Assembly (NCBI RefSeq): GCF_009914755.1
Contig: NC_060925.1
Length of the DNA stretch: 64,000 bases
DNA from: the human T2T-CHM13v2.0 reference genome, Homo sapiens
Direction: 5' to 3' (one strand)
Shown here: piece by piece, positions 11,801-26,849 of the stretch
Position numbering within the stretch: the stretch's first letter is position 1
Layout of the letters: every line of letters starts with the position of its first letter
Notes under the pieces: model-generated
Database searches by the model: none
The model's input: only the letters and a program-made list of their open reading frames with translations
Told to the model about the DNA's origin: nothing
Translations under genes and position numbers: made by a program

Positions 11801-14800
11801 ATGGACTCAAATGGAATTATCCTCAAATGGAATTGAATGGAATTATCGAATGCAATCGAATGGAATTATCGAATGCAATCGAATAGAATCATCGAATGGA
11901 CTCGAATGGAATCATCGAATGGAATGGAATGGAACAGTCAATGAACTCGAATGGAATCATCATTGAATGGAATCGAATGGAATCATCGAGTGGAATCGAA
12001 TGTAATCATCATCAAATGGAATCAAAAATAACCATCATCAAATGGAATCAAAAATAACCATCATCAATTGGTATTGAATGGAATTCTCATCAAATGGAAT
12101 TCAAAGGAATCATCATCAAATGGAACCGAATGGAATCCTCATTGAATGGAAATGAAAGGGGTCATCATCTAATGGAATCGCATGGAATCATCATCAAATG
12201 GAATCGAATGGAATCAACATCAAATGGAATCAAATGGAATCATTGAACGGAATTGAATGGAATCGTCATCGAATGAATTGAATGCAATCATCGAATGGTC
12301 TCGAATGGAATCATCTTCAAATGGAATGGAATGGAATCATCGCATAGAATCGAATGGAATTTTCATCGAATGGAATCGAATGGAATCAACATCAAACGGA
12401 AAAAAACGGAATTATCGAATGGAATCGAAGAGAATCACCGAATGGACCCGAATGGAATCATCTAATGGAATGGAATGGAATAATCCATGGACTCGAATGC
12501 AATCATCATCGAATGGAATCGAATGGAATCATCGAATGGACTCGAATGGAATAATCATTGAACGGAATCGAATGGAATCATCATCGGATGGAAATGAATG
12601 GAATCATCATCGAATGGAATCGAATAGAATTATGGAATGAAATCCAGTGTGATCATCATCGAATGGACCCGAATGGAATCATCATCCAACGGAAGCTAAT
12701 GGAATCAACATCGAATGAATCAAATGGAAACACCATCGAATTGAAACGAATGGAATTACCATGAAATTGAAATGGATGGACTCATCCTCAAATGGATTCG
12801 AGTGGAATCATCGAATAAAATTGATTGAAATCATCATCGAATGGAATCGAATGGTATCATTGAATGGAATCGAATGGAATCATCATCAGATGGAAATGAA
12901 AGGAATCGTCATAGAATGGAATCGAATGGATTCATTGAATGGAATCAGATGGAATCATTGAATGGACTGGAATGGAATCATTGAATGGACTCGAAAGGGA
13001 TCATTATTGAATGGAATTGAATGGAATCATCGAATGGTCTCGATTGGAATCATTATCAAATGGAATCGAATGGAATCACCGAATAGAATCGAATGGAACA
13101 ATCATCGAATGGACTCAAATGGAATTATCCTCAAATGGAATTGAATGGAATTATCGAATGCAATCGAATGGAATTATCGAATGCAATCGAATAGAATCAT
13201 CGAATGGACTCGAATGGAATCATCGAATGGAATGGAATGGAACAGTCAATGAACTCGAATGGAATCATCATTGAATGGAATCGAATGGAATCATCGAGTG
13301 GAATCGAATGTAATCATCATCAAATGGAATCAAAAATAACCATCATCAAATGGAATCAAAAATAACCATCATCAATTGGTATTGAATGGAATTCTCATCA
13401 AATGGAATTCAAAGGAATCATCATCAAATGGAACCGAATGGAATCCTCATTGAATGGAAATGAAAGGGGTCTTCATCTAATGGAATCGCATGGAATCATC
13501 ATAAAATGGAATCGAATGGAATCAACATCAAATGGAATCAAATGGAATAATTGAACGGAATTGAATGGAATCGTCATCGAATGAATTGAATGCAATCATC
13601 GAATGGTCTCGAATGGAATCATCTTCAAATGGAATGGAATGGAATCATCGCATAGAATCGAAAGGAATTATCATCGAATGGAATCGAATGGAATCAACAG
13701 CAAACGGAAAAAAACGGAATTATCGAATGGAATCGAAGAGAATCATCGAATGGACCCGAATGGAATCATCTAATGGAATGGAATGGAATAATCCATGGAC
13801 TCGAATGCAATCATCATCGAATGGAATCGAATGGAATCATCCAATGGACTCGAATGGAATAATCATTGAACGGAATCGAATGGAATCATCATCGGATGGA
13901 AATGAATGGAATCATCATCGAATGGAATCGAATAGAATTATGGAATGAAATCCAGTTTGATCATCATCGAATGGACCCGAATGGAATCATCATCCAACGG
14001 ATGCTAATGGAATCAACATCGAATGAATCAAATGGAAACACCATCGAATTGAAACGAATGGAATTACCATGAAATTGAAATGGATGGACTCATCATCGAA
14101 TGGATTCGAAAGGAATCATCGAATAAAATTGATTGAAATCATCATCGAATGGAATCGAATGGTATCATTGAATGGAATCGAATGGAATCATCATCAGATG
14201 GAAATGAATGGAATCGTCATAGAATGGAATCGAATGGATTCATTGAATGGAATCAGATGGAATCATCGAATGGACTGGAATGGAATCATTGAATGGACTC
14301 GAAAGGGATCATTATTGAATGGAATTGAATGGAATCATCGAATGGTCTCGATTGGAATCATTATAAAATGGAATCGAATGGAATCACCGAATAGAATCGA
14401 ATGGAACAATCATCGAATGGACTCAAATGGAATTATCCTCAAATGGAATTGAATGGAATTATCGAATGCAATCGAATGGAATTATCGAATGCAATCGAAT
14501 AGAATCATCGAATGGACTCGAATGGAATCATCGAATGGAATGGAATGGAACAGTCAATGAACTCGAATGGAATCATCATTGAATGGAATCGAATGGAATC
14601 ATCGAGTGGAATCGAATGTAATCATCATCAAATGGAATCAAAAATAACCATCATCAAATGGAATCAAAAATAACCATCATCAATTGGTATTGAATGGAAT
14701 TCTCATCAAATGGAATTCAAAGGAATCATCATCAAATGGAACCGAATGGAATCCTCATTGAATGGAAATGAAAGGGGTCATCATCTAATGGAATCGCATG

Positions 14801-17800
14801 GAATCATCATCAAATGGAATCGAATGGAATCAACATCAAATGGAATCAAATGGAATCATTGAACGGAATTGAATGGAATCGTCATCGAATGAATTGAATG
14901 CAATCATCGAATGGTCTCGAATGGAATCATCTTCAAATGGAATGGAATGGAATCATCGCATAGAATCGAATGGAATTTTCATCGAATGGAATCGAATGGA
15001 ATCAACATCAAACGGAAAAAAACGGAATTATCGAATGGAATCGAAGAGAATCACCGAATGGACCCGAATGGAATCATCTAATGGAATGGAATGGAATAAT
15101 CCATGGACTCGAATGCAATCATCATCGAATGGAATCGAATGGAATCATCGAATGGACTCGAATGGAATAATCATTGAACGGAATCGAATGGAATCATCAT
15201 CGGATGGAAATGAATGGAATCATCATCGAATGGAATCGAATAGAATTATGGAATGAAATCCAGTGTGATCATCATCGAATGGACCCGAATGGAATCATCA
15301 TCCAACGGAAGCTAATGGAATCAACATCGAATGAATCAAATGGAAACACCATCGAATTGAAACGAATGGAATTACCATGAAATTGAAATGGATGGACTCA
15401 TCCTCAAATGGATTCGAGTGGAATCATCGAATAAAATTGATTGAAATCATCATCGAATGGAATCGAATGGTATCATTGAATGGAATCGAATGGAATCATC
15501 ATCAGATGGAAATGAAAGGAATCGTCATAGAATGGAATCGAATGGATTCATTGAATGGAATCAGATGGAATCATTGAATGGACTGGAATGGAATCATTGA
15601 ATGGACTCGAAAGGGATCATTATTGAATGGAATTGAATGGAATCATCGAATGGTCTCGATTGGAATCATTATCAAATGGAATCGAATGGAATCACCGAAT
15701 AGAATCGAATGGAACAATCATCGAATGGACTCAAATGGAATTATCCTCAAATGGAATTGAATGGAATTATCGAATGCAATCGAATGGAATTATCGAATGC
15801 AATCGAATAGAATCATCGAATGGACTCGAATGGAATCATCGAATGGAATGGAATGGAACAGTCAATGAACTCGAATGGAATCATCATTGAATGGAATCGA
15901 ATGGAATCATCGAGTGGAATCGAATGTAATCATCATCAAATGGAATCAAAAATAACCATCATCAAATGGAATCAAAAATAACAATCATCAATTGGTATTG
16001 AATGGAATTCTCATCAAATGGAATTCAAAGGAATCATCATCAAATGGAACCGAATGGAATCCTCATTGAATGGAAATGAAAGGGGTCATCATCTAATGGA
16101 ATCGCATGGAATCATCATAAAATGGAATCGAATGGAATCAACATCAAATGGAATCAAATGGAATATTTGAACGGAATTGAATGGAATCGTCATCGAATGA
16201 ATTGAATGCAATCATCGAATGGTCTCGAATGGAATCATCTTCAAATGGAATGCAATGGAATCATCGCATAGAATCGAAAGGAATTATCATCGAATGGAAT
16301 CGAATGGAATCAACACCAAACGGAAAAAAACGGAATTATCGAATGGAATCGAAGAGAATCATCGAATGGACCCGAATGGAATCATCTAATGGAATGGAAT
16401 GGAATAATCCATGGACTCGAATGCAATCATCATCGAATGGAATCGAATGGAATCATCCAATGGACTCGAATGGAATAATCATTGAACGGAATCGAATGGA
16501 ATCATCATCGGATGGAAATGAATGGAATCATCATCGAATGGAATCGAATAGAATTATGGAATGAAATCCAGTGTGATCATCATCGAATGGACCCGAATGG
16601 AATCATCATCCAACGGATGCTAATGGAATCAACATCGAATGAATCAAATGGAAACACCATCGAATTGAAACGAATGGAATTACCATGAAATTGAAATGGA
16701 TGGACTCATCATCGAATGGATTCGAAAGGAATCATCGAATAAAATTGATTGAAATCATCATCGAATGGAATCGAATGGTATCATTGAATGGAATCGAATG
16801 GAATCATCATCAGATGGAAATGAATGGAATCGTCATAGAATGGAATCGAATGGATTCATTGAATGGAATCAGATGGAATCATCGAATGGACTGGAATGGA
16901 ATCATTGAATGGACTCGAAAGAGATCATGATTGAATGGAATTGAATAGAATCATCGAATGGTCTCGATTGGAATCATTATCAAATGGAATCGAATGGAAT
17001 CACCGAATAGAATCGAATGGAACAATCATCGAATGGACTCAAATGGAATTATCCTCAAATGGAATCGAATGGAATTATCGAATGCAATCGAATAGAATCA
17101 TCGAATGCAATCGAATAGAATCATCGAATGGACTCGAATGGAATCATCGAATGGAATGGAATGGAACAGTCAATGAACTCGAACGGAATCATCATTGAAT
17201 GGAATCGAATGGAATCATCGAGTGGAATCGAATGGAATTATGATCAAATGGAATCGAATGTAATCCTCATCAAATGGAATCAAAAATAACGATCATCAAT
17301 TGGTATTGAATGGAATTGTCATCAAATGGAATTGAAAGGAATCATCATCAAATGGAACCGAATGGAATCCTCATTGATTGGAAATGAAAGTGGTCATCAT
17401 CTAATGGAATTGCATGGAATCATCATCAAATGGAATCGAATGGAATCATCATGAAATGGAATCTAAGGGAATCATTCAACAGAATTGAATGGAATCGTCA
17501 TCGAATGAATTGAATGCAATCATCGAATGATCTCGAATGGAATCATCTTCAAATGGAAAGGAATGGAATCATCGCATAGAATCGAATGGAATTATCATCG
17601 AATGGAATCCAATGGTATCAACATCAAACGGAAAAAAACGGAATTATGGAATGGAATCGAAGAGAATCTTCGAACGGACCCGAATGGAATCATCTAATGG
17701 AATGGAATGGAATAATCCATGGACTCGAATGCAATCATCATCAAATGGAATCGAATGGAATCATCGAATGGACTCGAATGGAATAATCATTGAACGGAAT

Positions 17801-17992
17801 CGAATGGAATCATCATCGGATGGAAATGAATGGAATCATCATCGAATGGAATCGAATAGAATTATGGAATGAAATCCAGTGTGATCATCATCGAATGGAC
17901 CCGAATGGAATCATCATCCAACGGAAGCTAATGGAATCAACATCGAATGAATCGAATGGAAACACCATCGAATTGAAACGAATGGAATTATC
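8837..17992 (+). repeat. Run of seven consecutive 1,308 bp single-module units, mostly organised as a 2,616 bp dimer
   Basis: Anchors at 8837, 10145, 11453, 12761, 14069, 15377, 16685 and 17993 are all exactly 1308 apart. Variant sets alternate between 9641/12257/14873 and 10949/13565/16181. Confidence 0.93.
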
Positions 17993-19745
17993 ATGAAATT
18001 GAAATGGATGGACTCATCATCGAATGGATTCGAATCGAATCATCGAATAAAATTGATTGAAATCATCATCAAATGGAATCGAATGGTATCATTGAATGGA
18101 ATCGAATGGAATCATCATCAGATGGAAATGAATGGAATCGTCATAGAATGGAATCGAATGGATTCATTGAATGGAATCAGATGGAATCATCGAATGGACT
18201 GGAATGGAATCATTGAATGGACTTGAAAGGGATCATTATTGAATGGAATTGAATGGAATCATCGAATGGTCTCGATTGGAATCATTACCAAATGGAATCG
18301 AATGGAATCACCGAATAGAATCGAATGGAACAATCATCGAATGGACTCAAATGGAATTATCCTCAAATGGAATCGAATGGAATTATCGAATGCAATCGAA
18401 TAGAATCATCGAAAGGACTCGAATGGAATCATCGAATGGAATGGAATGGAACAGTCAATGAACTCGAATGGAATCATCATTGAATGGAATCGAATGGAAT
18501 CATCGAGTGGAATTGAATGGAATTATGATCAAATGGAATCGAATGTAATCATCATCAAATGGAATCAAAAATAACCATCATCAATTGGTATTGAATGGAA
18601 TTGTCATCAAATGGAATTCAAAGGAATCAATATCAAATGGAACCGAATGGAATCCTCATTGAATGGAAATGAAAAGGGTCATCATCTAATGGAATCGCAT
18701 GGAATCATCATCAAATGGAATCGAATGGAATCATCATCAAATGGAATCTAATGGAATCATTGAACAGAATTGAATGGAATCGTCATCGAATGAATTGAAT
18801 GCAATCATCGAATGGTCTCGAATGGAATCATCTTCTAATGGAAAGGAATGGAATCATCGCATAGAATCGAATGGAATTATCATCGAATGGAATCGAATGG
18901 TATCAACACCAAACGGAAAAAAACGGAATTATCGAATTGAATCGAAGAGAATCTTCGAACGGACCCGAATGGAATCATGTAATTGAATGGAATGGAATAA
19001 TCCATGGACTCGAATGCAATCATCATCGAATGGAATCGAATGGAATCATCGAATGGACTCGAATGGAATAATCATTGAACGGAATCGAATGGAATCATCA
19101 TCGGATGGAAACGAATGGAATCATCATCGAATGGAAATGAAAGGAGTCATCATCTAATGGAATTGCATGGAATCATCATAAAATGGAATCGAATGGAATC
19201 AACATCAAATGGAATCAAATGGAATCATTGAACGGAATTGAATGGAATCGTCATCGAATGAATTGACTGCAATCATCGAATGGTCTCGAATGGAATCATC
19301 TTCAAATGGAATGGAATGGAATCATCGCATAGAATCGAATGGAATTATCATCGAATGGAATCGAATGGAATCAACATCAAACGGAAAAAAACAGAATTAT
19401 CGTATGGAATCGAAGAGAATCATCGAATGGACCCGAATGGAATCATCTAATGGAATGGAATGGAATAATCCATGGACTCGAATGCAATCATCATCGAATG
19501 GAATCGAATGGAATCATCGAATGGACTCGAATGGAATAATCATTGAACGGAATCGAATGGAATCATCATCGGATGGAAATGAATGGAATCATCATCGAAT
19601 GGAATCGAATAGAATTATGGAATGAAATCCAGTGTGATCATCATCGAATGGACCCGAATGGAATCATCATCCAACGGAAGCTAATGGAATCAACATCGAA
19701 TGAATCGAATGGAAACACCATCGAATTGAAACGAATGGAATTATC

Positions 19746-22700
19746 ATGAAATTGAAATGGATGGACTCATCATCGAATGGATTCGAATGGAATCATCGAA
19801 TAAAATTGATTGAAATCATCATCCAATGGAATCGAATGGTATCATTGAATGGAATCGAATGGAATCTTCATCAGATGGAAATGAATGGAATCGTCATAGA
19901 ATGGAATCGAATGGATTCATTGAATGGAATCAGATGGAATCATCGAATGGACTGGAATGGAATCATTGAATGGACTCGAAAGGGATCATGATTGAATGGA
20001 ATTGAATGGAATCATCGAATGGTCTCGATTGGAATCATTATCAAATGGAATCGAATGGAATCACCGAATAGAATCGAATGGAACAATCATCGAATGGACT
20101 CAAATGGAATTATCCTCCAATGGAATCGAATGGAATTATCGAATGCAATCGAATGGAATTATCGAATGCAATCGAATAGAATCATCGAATGGACTCGAAT
20201 GGAATCATCGAATGGAATGGAATGGAACAGTCAATGAACTCGAATGGAATCATCATTGAATGGAATCGAATGGAATCATCGAGTGGAATCAAATGGAATT
20301 ATGATCAAATGGAATCGAATGTAATCATCATCAAATGGAATCAAAAATAACCATCATCAATTGGTATTGAATGGAATTGTCATCAAATGGAATTCAAAGG
20401 AATCATCATCAAATGGAACCGAATGGAATCCTCATTGAATGGAAATGAAAGGGGTCATCATCTAATGGAATCGCATGGAATCATCATCAAATGGAATCGA
20501 ATGGAATCATCATCAAATGGAATCTAATGGAATCATTGAACAGAATTGAATGGAATCGTCATCGAATGAATTGAATGCAATCATCGAATGGTCTCGAATG
20601 GAATCATCTTCTAATGGAAAGGAATGGAATCATCGCATAGAATCGAATGGAATTATCATCGAATGGAATCGAATGGTATCAACACCAAACGGAAAAAAAC
20701 GGAATTATCGAATGGAATCGAAGAGAATCTTCGAACGGACCCGAATGGAATCATCTAATGGAATGGAATGGAATAATCCATGGACTCGAATGCAATCATC
20801 ATCGAATGGAATGGAATGGAATCATCGAATGGACTCGAATGGAATAATCATTGAACGGAATCGAATGGAATCATCATCGGATGGAAACGAATGGAATCAT
20901 CATCGAATGGAAATGAAAGGAGTCATCATCTAATGGAATTGCATGGAATCATCATAAAATGGAATCGAATGGAATCAACATCAAATGGAATCAAATGGAA
21001 TCATTGAACGGAATTGAATGGAATCGTCATCGAATGAATTGACTGCAATCATCCAATGGTCGCGAATGGAATCATCTTCAAATGGAATGGAATGGAATCA
21101 TCGCATAGAATCGAATGGAATTATCATCGAATGGAATCGAATGGAATCAACATCCAACGGAAAAAAACGGAATTATCGAATGGAATCGAAGAGAATCATC
21201 GAATGGACCCGAATGGAATCATCTAATGGAATGGAATGGAATAATCCATGGACTCGAATGCAATCATCATCGAATGGAATCGAATGGAATCATCGAATGG
21301 ACTCGAATGGAATAATCATTGAACGGCATCGAATGGAATCATCATCGGATGGAAATGAATGGAATCATCATCGAATGGAATCGAATAGAATTATGGAATG
21401 AAATCCAGTGTGATCATCATCGAATGGACCCGAATGGAATCATCATTCAACGGAAGCTAATGGAATCAACATCGAATGAATCAAATGGAAACACCATCGA
21501 ATTGAAACGAATGGAATTATCATGAAATTGAAATGGATGGACTCATCATCGAATGGATTCGAATGGAATCATCGAATAAAATTGATTGAAATCATCATCG
21601 AATGGAATCCAATGGTATCATTGAATGGAATCGAATGGAATCATCATCAGATGGAAATGAATGGAATCGTCATAGAATGGAATCGAATGGATTCATTGAA
21701 TGGAATCAGATGGAATCATCGAATGGACTGGAATGGAATCATTGAATGGACTCGAAAGGGATCATGATTGAATGGAATTGAATGGAATCATCGAATGGTC
21801 TCGATTGGAATCATTATCAAATGGAATCGAATGGAATCACCGAATAGAATCGAATGGAACAATCATCGAATGGACTCAAATGGAATTATCCTCAAATGGA
21901 ATCGAATGGAATTATCGAATGCAATCGAATGGAATTATCGATTGCAATCGAATAGAATCATCGAATGGACTCGAATGGAATCATCGAATGGAATGGAATG
22001 GAACAGTCAATGAACTCGAATGGAATCATCATTGAATGGAATCGAATGGAATCATCGAGTGGAATCGAATGGAATTATGATCAAATGGAATCGAATGTAA
22101 TCATCATCAAATGGAATCAAAAATAACCATCATCAATTGGTATTGAATGGAATTGTCATCAAATGGAATTCAAAGGAATCATCATCAAATGGAACCGAAT
22201 GGAATCCTCATTGAATGGAAATGAAAGGGGTCATCATCTAATGGAATCGCATGGAATCATCATCAAATGGAATCGAATGGAATCATCATCAAATGGAATC
22301 TAATGGAATCATTGAACAGAATTGAATGGAATCGTCATCGAATGAATTGAATGCAATCATCGAATGGTCTCGAATGGAATCATCTTCTAATGGAAAGGAA
22401 TGGAATCATCGCATAGAATCGAATGGAATTATCATCGAATGGAATCGAATGGTATCAACACCAAACGGAAAAAAACGGAATTATCGAATGGAATCGAAGA
22501 GAATCTTCGAACGGACCCGAATGGAATCATCTAATGGAATGGAATGGAATAATCCATGGACTCGAATGCAATCAAAATCGAATGGAATCGAATGGAATCA
22601 TCGAATGGACTCGAATGGAATAATCATTGAACGGAATCGAATGGAATCATCATCGGATGGAAACGAATGGAATCATCATCGAATGGAAATGAAAGGAGTC

Positions 22701-25700
22701 ATCATCTAATGGAATTGCATGGAATCATCATAAAATGGAATCGAATGGAATCAACATCAAATGGATTCAAATGGAATCATTGAACGGAATTGAATGGAAT
22801 CGTCATCGAATGAATTGACTGCAATCATCCAATGGTCTCGAATGGAATCATCTTCAAATGGAATGGAATGGAATCATCGCATAGAATCGAATGGAATTAT
22901 CATCGAATGGAATCGAATGGAATCAACATCAAACGGAAAAAAACGGAATTATCGAATGGAATCGAAGAGAATCATCGAATGGACCCGAATGGAATCATCT
23001 AATGGAATGGAATGGAATAATCCATGGACTCGAATGCAATCATCATCGAATGGAATCAAATGGAATCATCGAATGGACTCGAATGGAATAATCATTGAAC
23101 GGAATCGAATGGAATCGTCATCGGATGGAAATGAATGGAATCATCATCGAATGGAATCGAATAGAATTATGGAATGAAATCCAGTGTGATCATCATCGAA
23201 TGGACCCGAATGGAATCATCATCCAACGGAAGCTAATGGAATCAACATCGAATGAATCAAATGGAAACACCATCGAATTGAAACGAATGGAATTATCATG
23301 AAATTGAAATGGATGGACTCATCATCGAATGGATTCGAATGGAATCATCGAATAAAATTGATTGAAATCATCATCCAATGGAATCGAATGGTATCATTGA
23401 ATGGAATCGAATGGAATCATCATCAGATGGAAATGAATGGAATCGTCATAGAATGGAATCGAATGGATTCATTGAATGGAATCAGATGGAATCATCGAAT
23501 GGACTGGAATGGAATCATTGAATGGACTCGAAAGGGATAATTATTGAATGGAATTGAATGGAATCATCGAATGGTCTCGATTGGAATCATTATCAAATGG
23601 AATGGAATGAAATCACCGAATAGAATCGAATGGAACAATCATCGAATGGACTCAAATGGAATTATCCTCCAATGGAATCGAATGGAATTATCGAATGCAA
23701 TCGAATGGAATTATCGAATGCAATCGAATAGAATCATCGAATGGACTCGAATGGAATCATCGAATGGAATGGAATGGAATAGTCAATGAACTCGAATGGA
23801 ATCATCATTGAATGGAATCGAATGGAATGATCGAGTGGAATCGAAAGAAATTATGATCAAATGGAAGCGAACGTAATCATCATCAAATGGAATCAAAAAT
23901 AACCATCATCAATTGGTATTGAATGGAATTGTCATCAAATGGAATTCAAAGGAATCATCATCAAATGGAACCGAATGGAATCCTCATTGAATGGAAATGA
24001 AAGGGGTCATCATCGAATGGAATCGCATGGAATCATCATCAAATGGAATCGAATGGAATCATCATCAAATGGAATCTAATGGAATCATTGAACAGAATTG
24101 AATGGAATCGTCATCGAATGAATTGAATGCAATCATCGAATGGTCTCGAATGGAATCATCTTCTAATGGAAAGGAATGGAATCATCGCATAGAATCGAAT
24201 GGAATTATCATCGAATGGAATCGAATGGTATCAACATCAAACGGAAAAAAACGGAATTATCGAATGGAATCGAAGAGAATCTTCGAACGGACCCGAATGG
24301 AATCATCTAATGGAATGGAATGGAATAATCCATGGACTCGAATGCAATCATCATCGAATGGAATGGAATGGAATCATCGAATGGACTCGAATGGAATAAT
24401 CATTGAACGGAATCGAATGGAATCATCATCGGATGGAAACGAATGGAATCATCATCGAATGGAAATGAAAGGAGTCATCATCTAATGGAATTGCATGAAA
24501 TCATCATAAAATGGAATCGAATGGAATCAACATCAAATGGAATCAAATGGAATCATTGAACGGAATTGAATGGAATCGTCATCGAATGAATTGACTGCAA
24601 TCATCGAATGGTCTCGAATGGAATCATCTTCAAATGGAATGGAATGGAATCATCGCATAGAATCGAATGGAATTATCATCGAATGGAATCGAATGGAATC
24701 AACATCAAACGGAAAAAAACGGAATTATCGAATGGAATCGAAGAGAATCATCGAATGGACCCGAATGGAATCATCTAATGGAATTAAATGGAATAATCCA
24801 TGGACTCGAATGCAATCATCATCGAATGGAATCGAATGGAATCATCGAATGGACTCGAATGGAATAATCATTGAACGGAATCGAATGGAATCATCATCGG
24901 ATGGAAACGAATGGAATCATCATCGAATGGAATCGAATAGAATTATGGAATGAAATCCAGTGTGATCATCATCGAATGGACCCGAATGGAATCATCACCC
25001 AACGGAAGCTAATGGAATCAACATCGAATGAATCGAATGGAAACACCATCGAATTGAAACGAATGGATTTATCATGAAATTGAAATGGATGGACTCATCA
25101 TCGAATGGATTCGAATGGAATCATCGAATAAAATTGATTGAAATCATCATCCAATGGAATCGAATGGTATCATTGAATGGAATCGAATGGAATCATCATC
25201 AGATGGAAATGAATGGAATCGTCATAGAATGGAATCGAATGGATTCATTGAATGGAATCAGATGGAATCATCGAATGGACTGGAATGGAATCATTGAATG
25301 GACTCGAAAGGGATCATTATTGAATGGAATTGAATGGAATCATCGAATGGTCTCGATTGGAATCATTATCAAATGGAATGGAATGGAATCACCGAATAGA
25401 ATCGAATGGAACAATCATCGAATGGACTCAAATGGAATTATCCTCCAATGGAATCGAATGGAATTATCGAATGCAATCGAATGGAATTATCGAATGCAAT
25501 CGAATAGAATCATCGAATGGACTCGAATGGAATCATCGAATGGAATGGAATGGAACAGTCAATGAACTCGAATGGAATCATCATTGAATGGAATCGAATG
25601 GAATCATCGAGTGGAATCGAATGGAATTATGATCAAATGGAATCGAATGTAATCCTCATCAAATGGAATCAAAAATAACCATCATCAATTGGTATTGAAT

Positions 25701-26849
25701 GGAATTGTCATCAAATGGAATTCAAAGGAATCATCATCAAATGGAACCGAATGGAATCCTCATTGAATGGAAATGAAAGGGGTCATCATCTAATGGAATC
25801 GCATGGAATCATCATCAAATGGAATCGAATGGAATCATCATCAAATGGAATCTAATGGAATCATTGAACAGAATTGAATGGAATCGTCATCGAATGAATT
25901 GAATGCAATCATCGAATGGTCTCGAATGGAATCATCTTCTAATGGAAAGGAATGGAATCATCGCATAGAATCGAATGGAATTATCATCGAATGGAATCGA
26001 ATGGTATCAACACCAAACGGAAAAAAACGGAATTATCGAATGGAATCGAAGAGAATCTTCGAACGGACCCGAATGGAATCATCTAATGGAATGGAATGGA
26101 ATAATCCATGGACTCGAATGCAATCATCATCGAATGGAATCGAATGGAATCATCGAATGGACTCGAATGGAATAATCATTGAACGGAATCGAATGGAATC
26201 ATCATCGGATGGAAACGAATGGAATCATCATCGAATGGAAATGAAAGGAGTCATCATCTAATGGAATTGCATGGAATCATCATAAAATGGAATCGAATGG
26301 AATCAACATCAAATGGAATCAAATGGAATCATTGAACGGAATTGAATGAAATCGTCATCGAATGAATTGAATGCAATCATCGAATGGTCTCGAATGGAAT
26401 CATCTTCAAATGGAATGGAATGGAATCATCGCATAGAATCGAATGGAATTATCATCGAATGGAATCGAATGGAATCAACATCAAACGGAAAAAAAAGTAA
26501 TTATCGAATGGAATCGAAGAGAATCATCGAATGGACCCGAATGGAATCATCTAATGGAATGGAATGGAATAATCCATGGACTCGAATGCAATCATCATCG
26601 AATGGAATCGAATGGAATCATCGAATGGACTCGAATGGAATAATCATTGAACGGAATCGCATGGAATCATCATCGGATGGAAATGAATGGAATCATCATC
26701 GAATGGAATCGAATAGAATTATGGAATGAAATCCAGTGTGATCATCATCGAATGGACCCGAATGGAATCATCATCCAACGGAAGCTAATGGAATCAACAT
26801 CGAATGAATCAAATGGAAACACCATCGAATTGAAACGAATGGAATTATC
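19746..26849 (+). repeat. Run of four canonical 1,776 bp units
   Basis: Anchors at 19746, 21522, 23298, 25074 and 26850. Confidence 0.93.
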
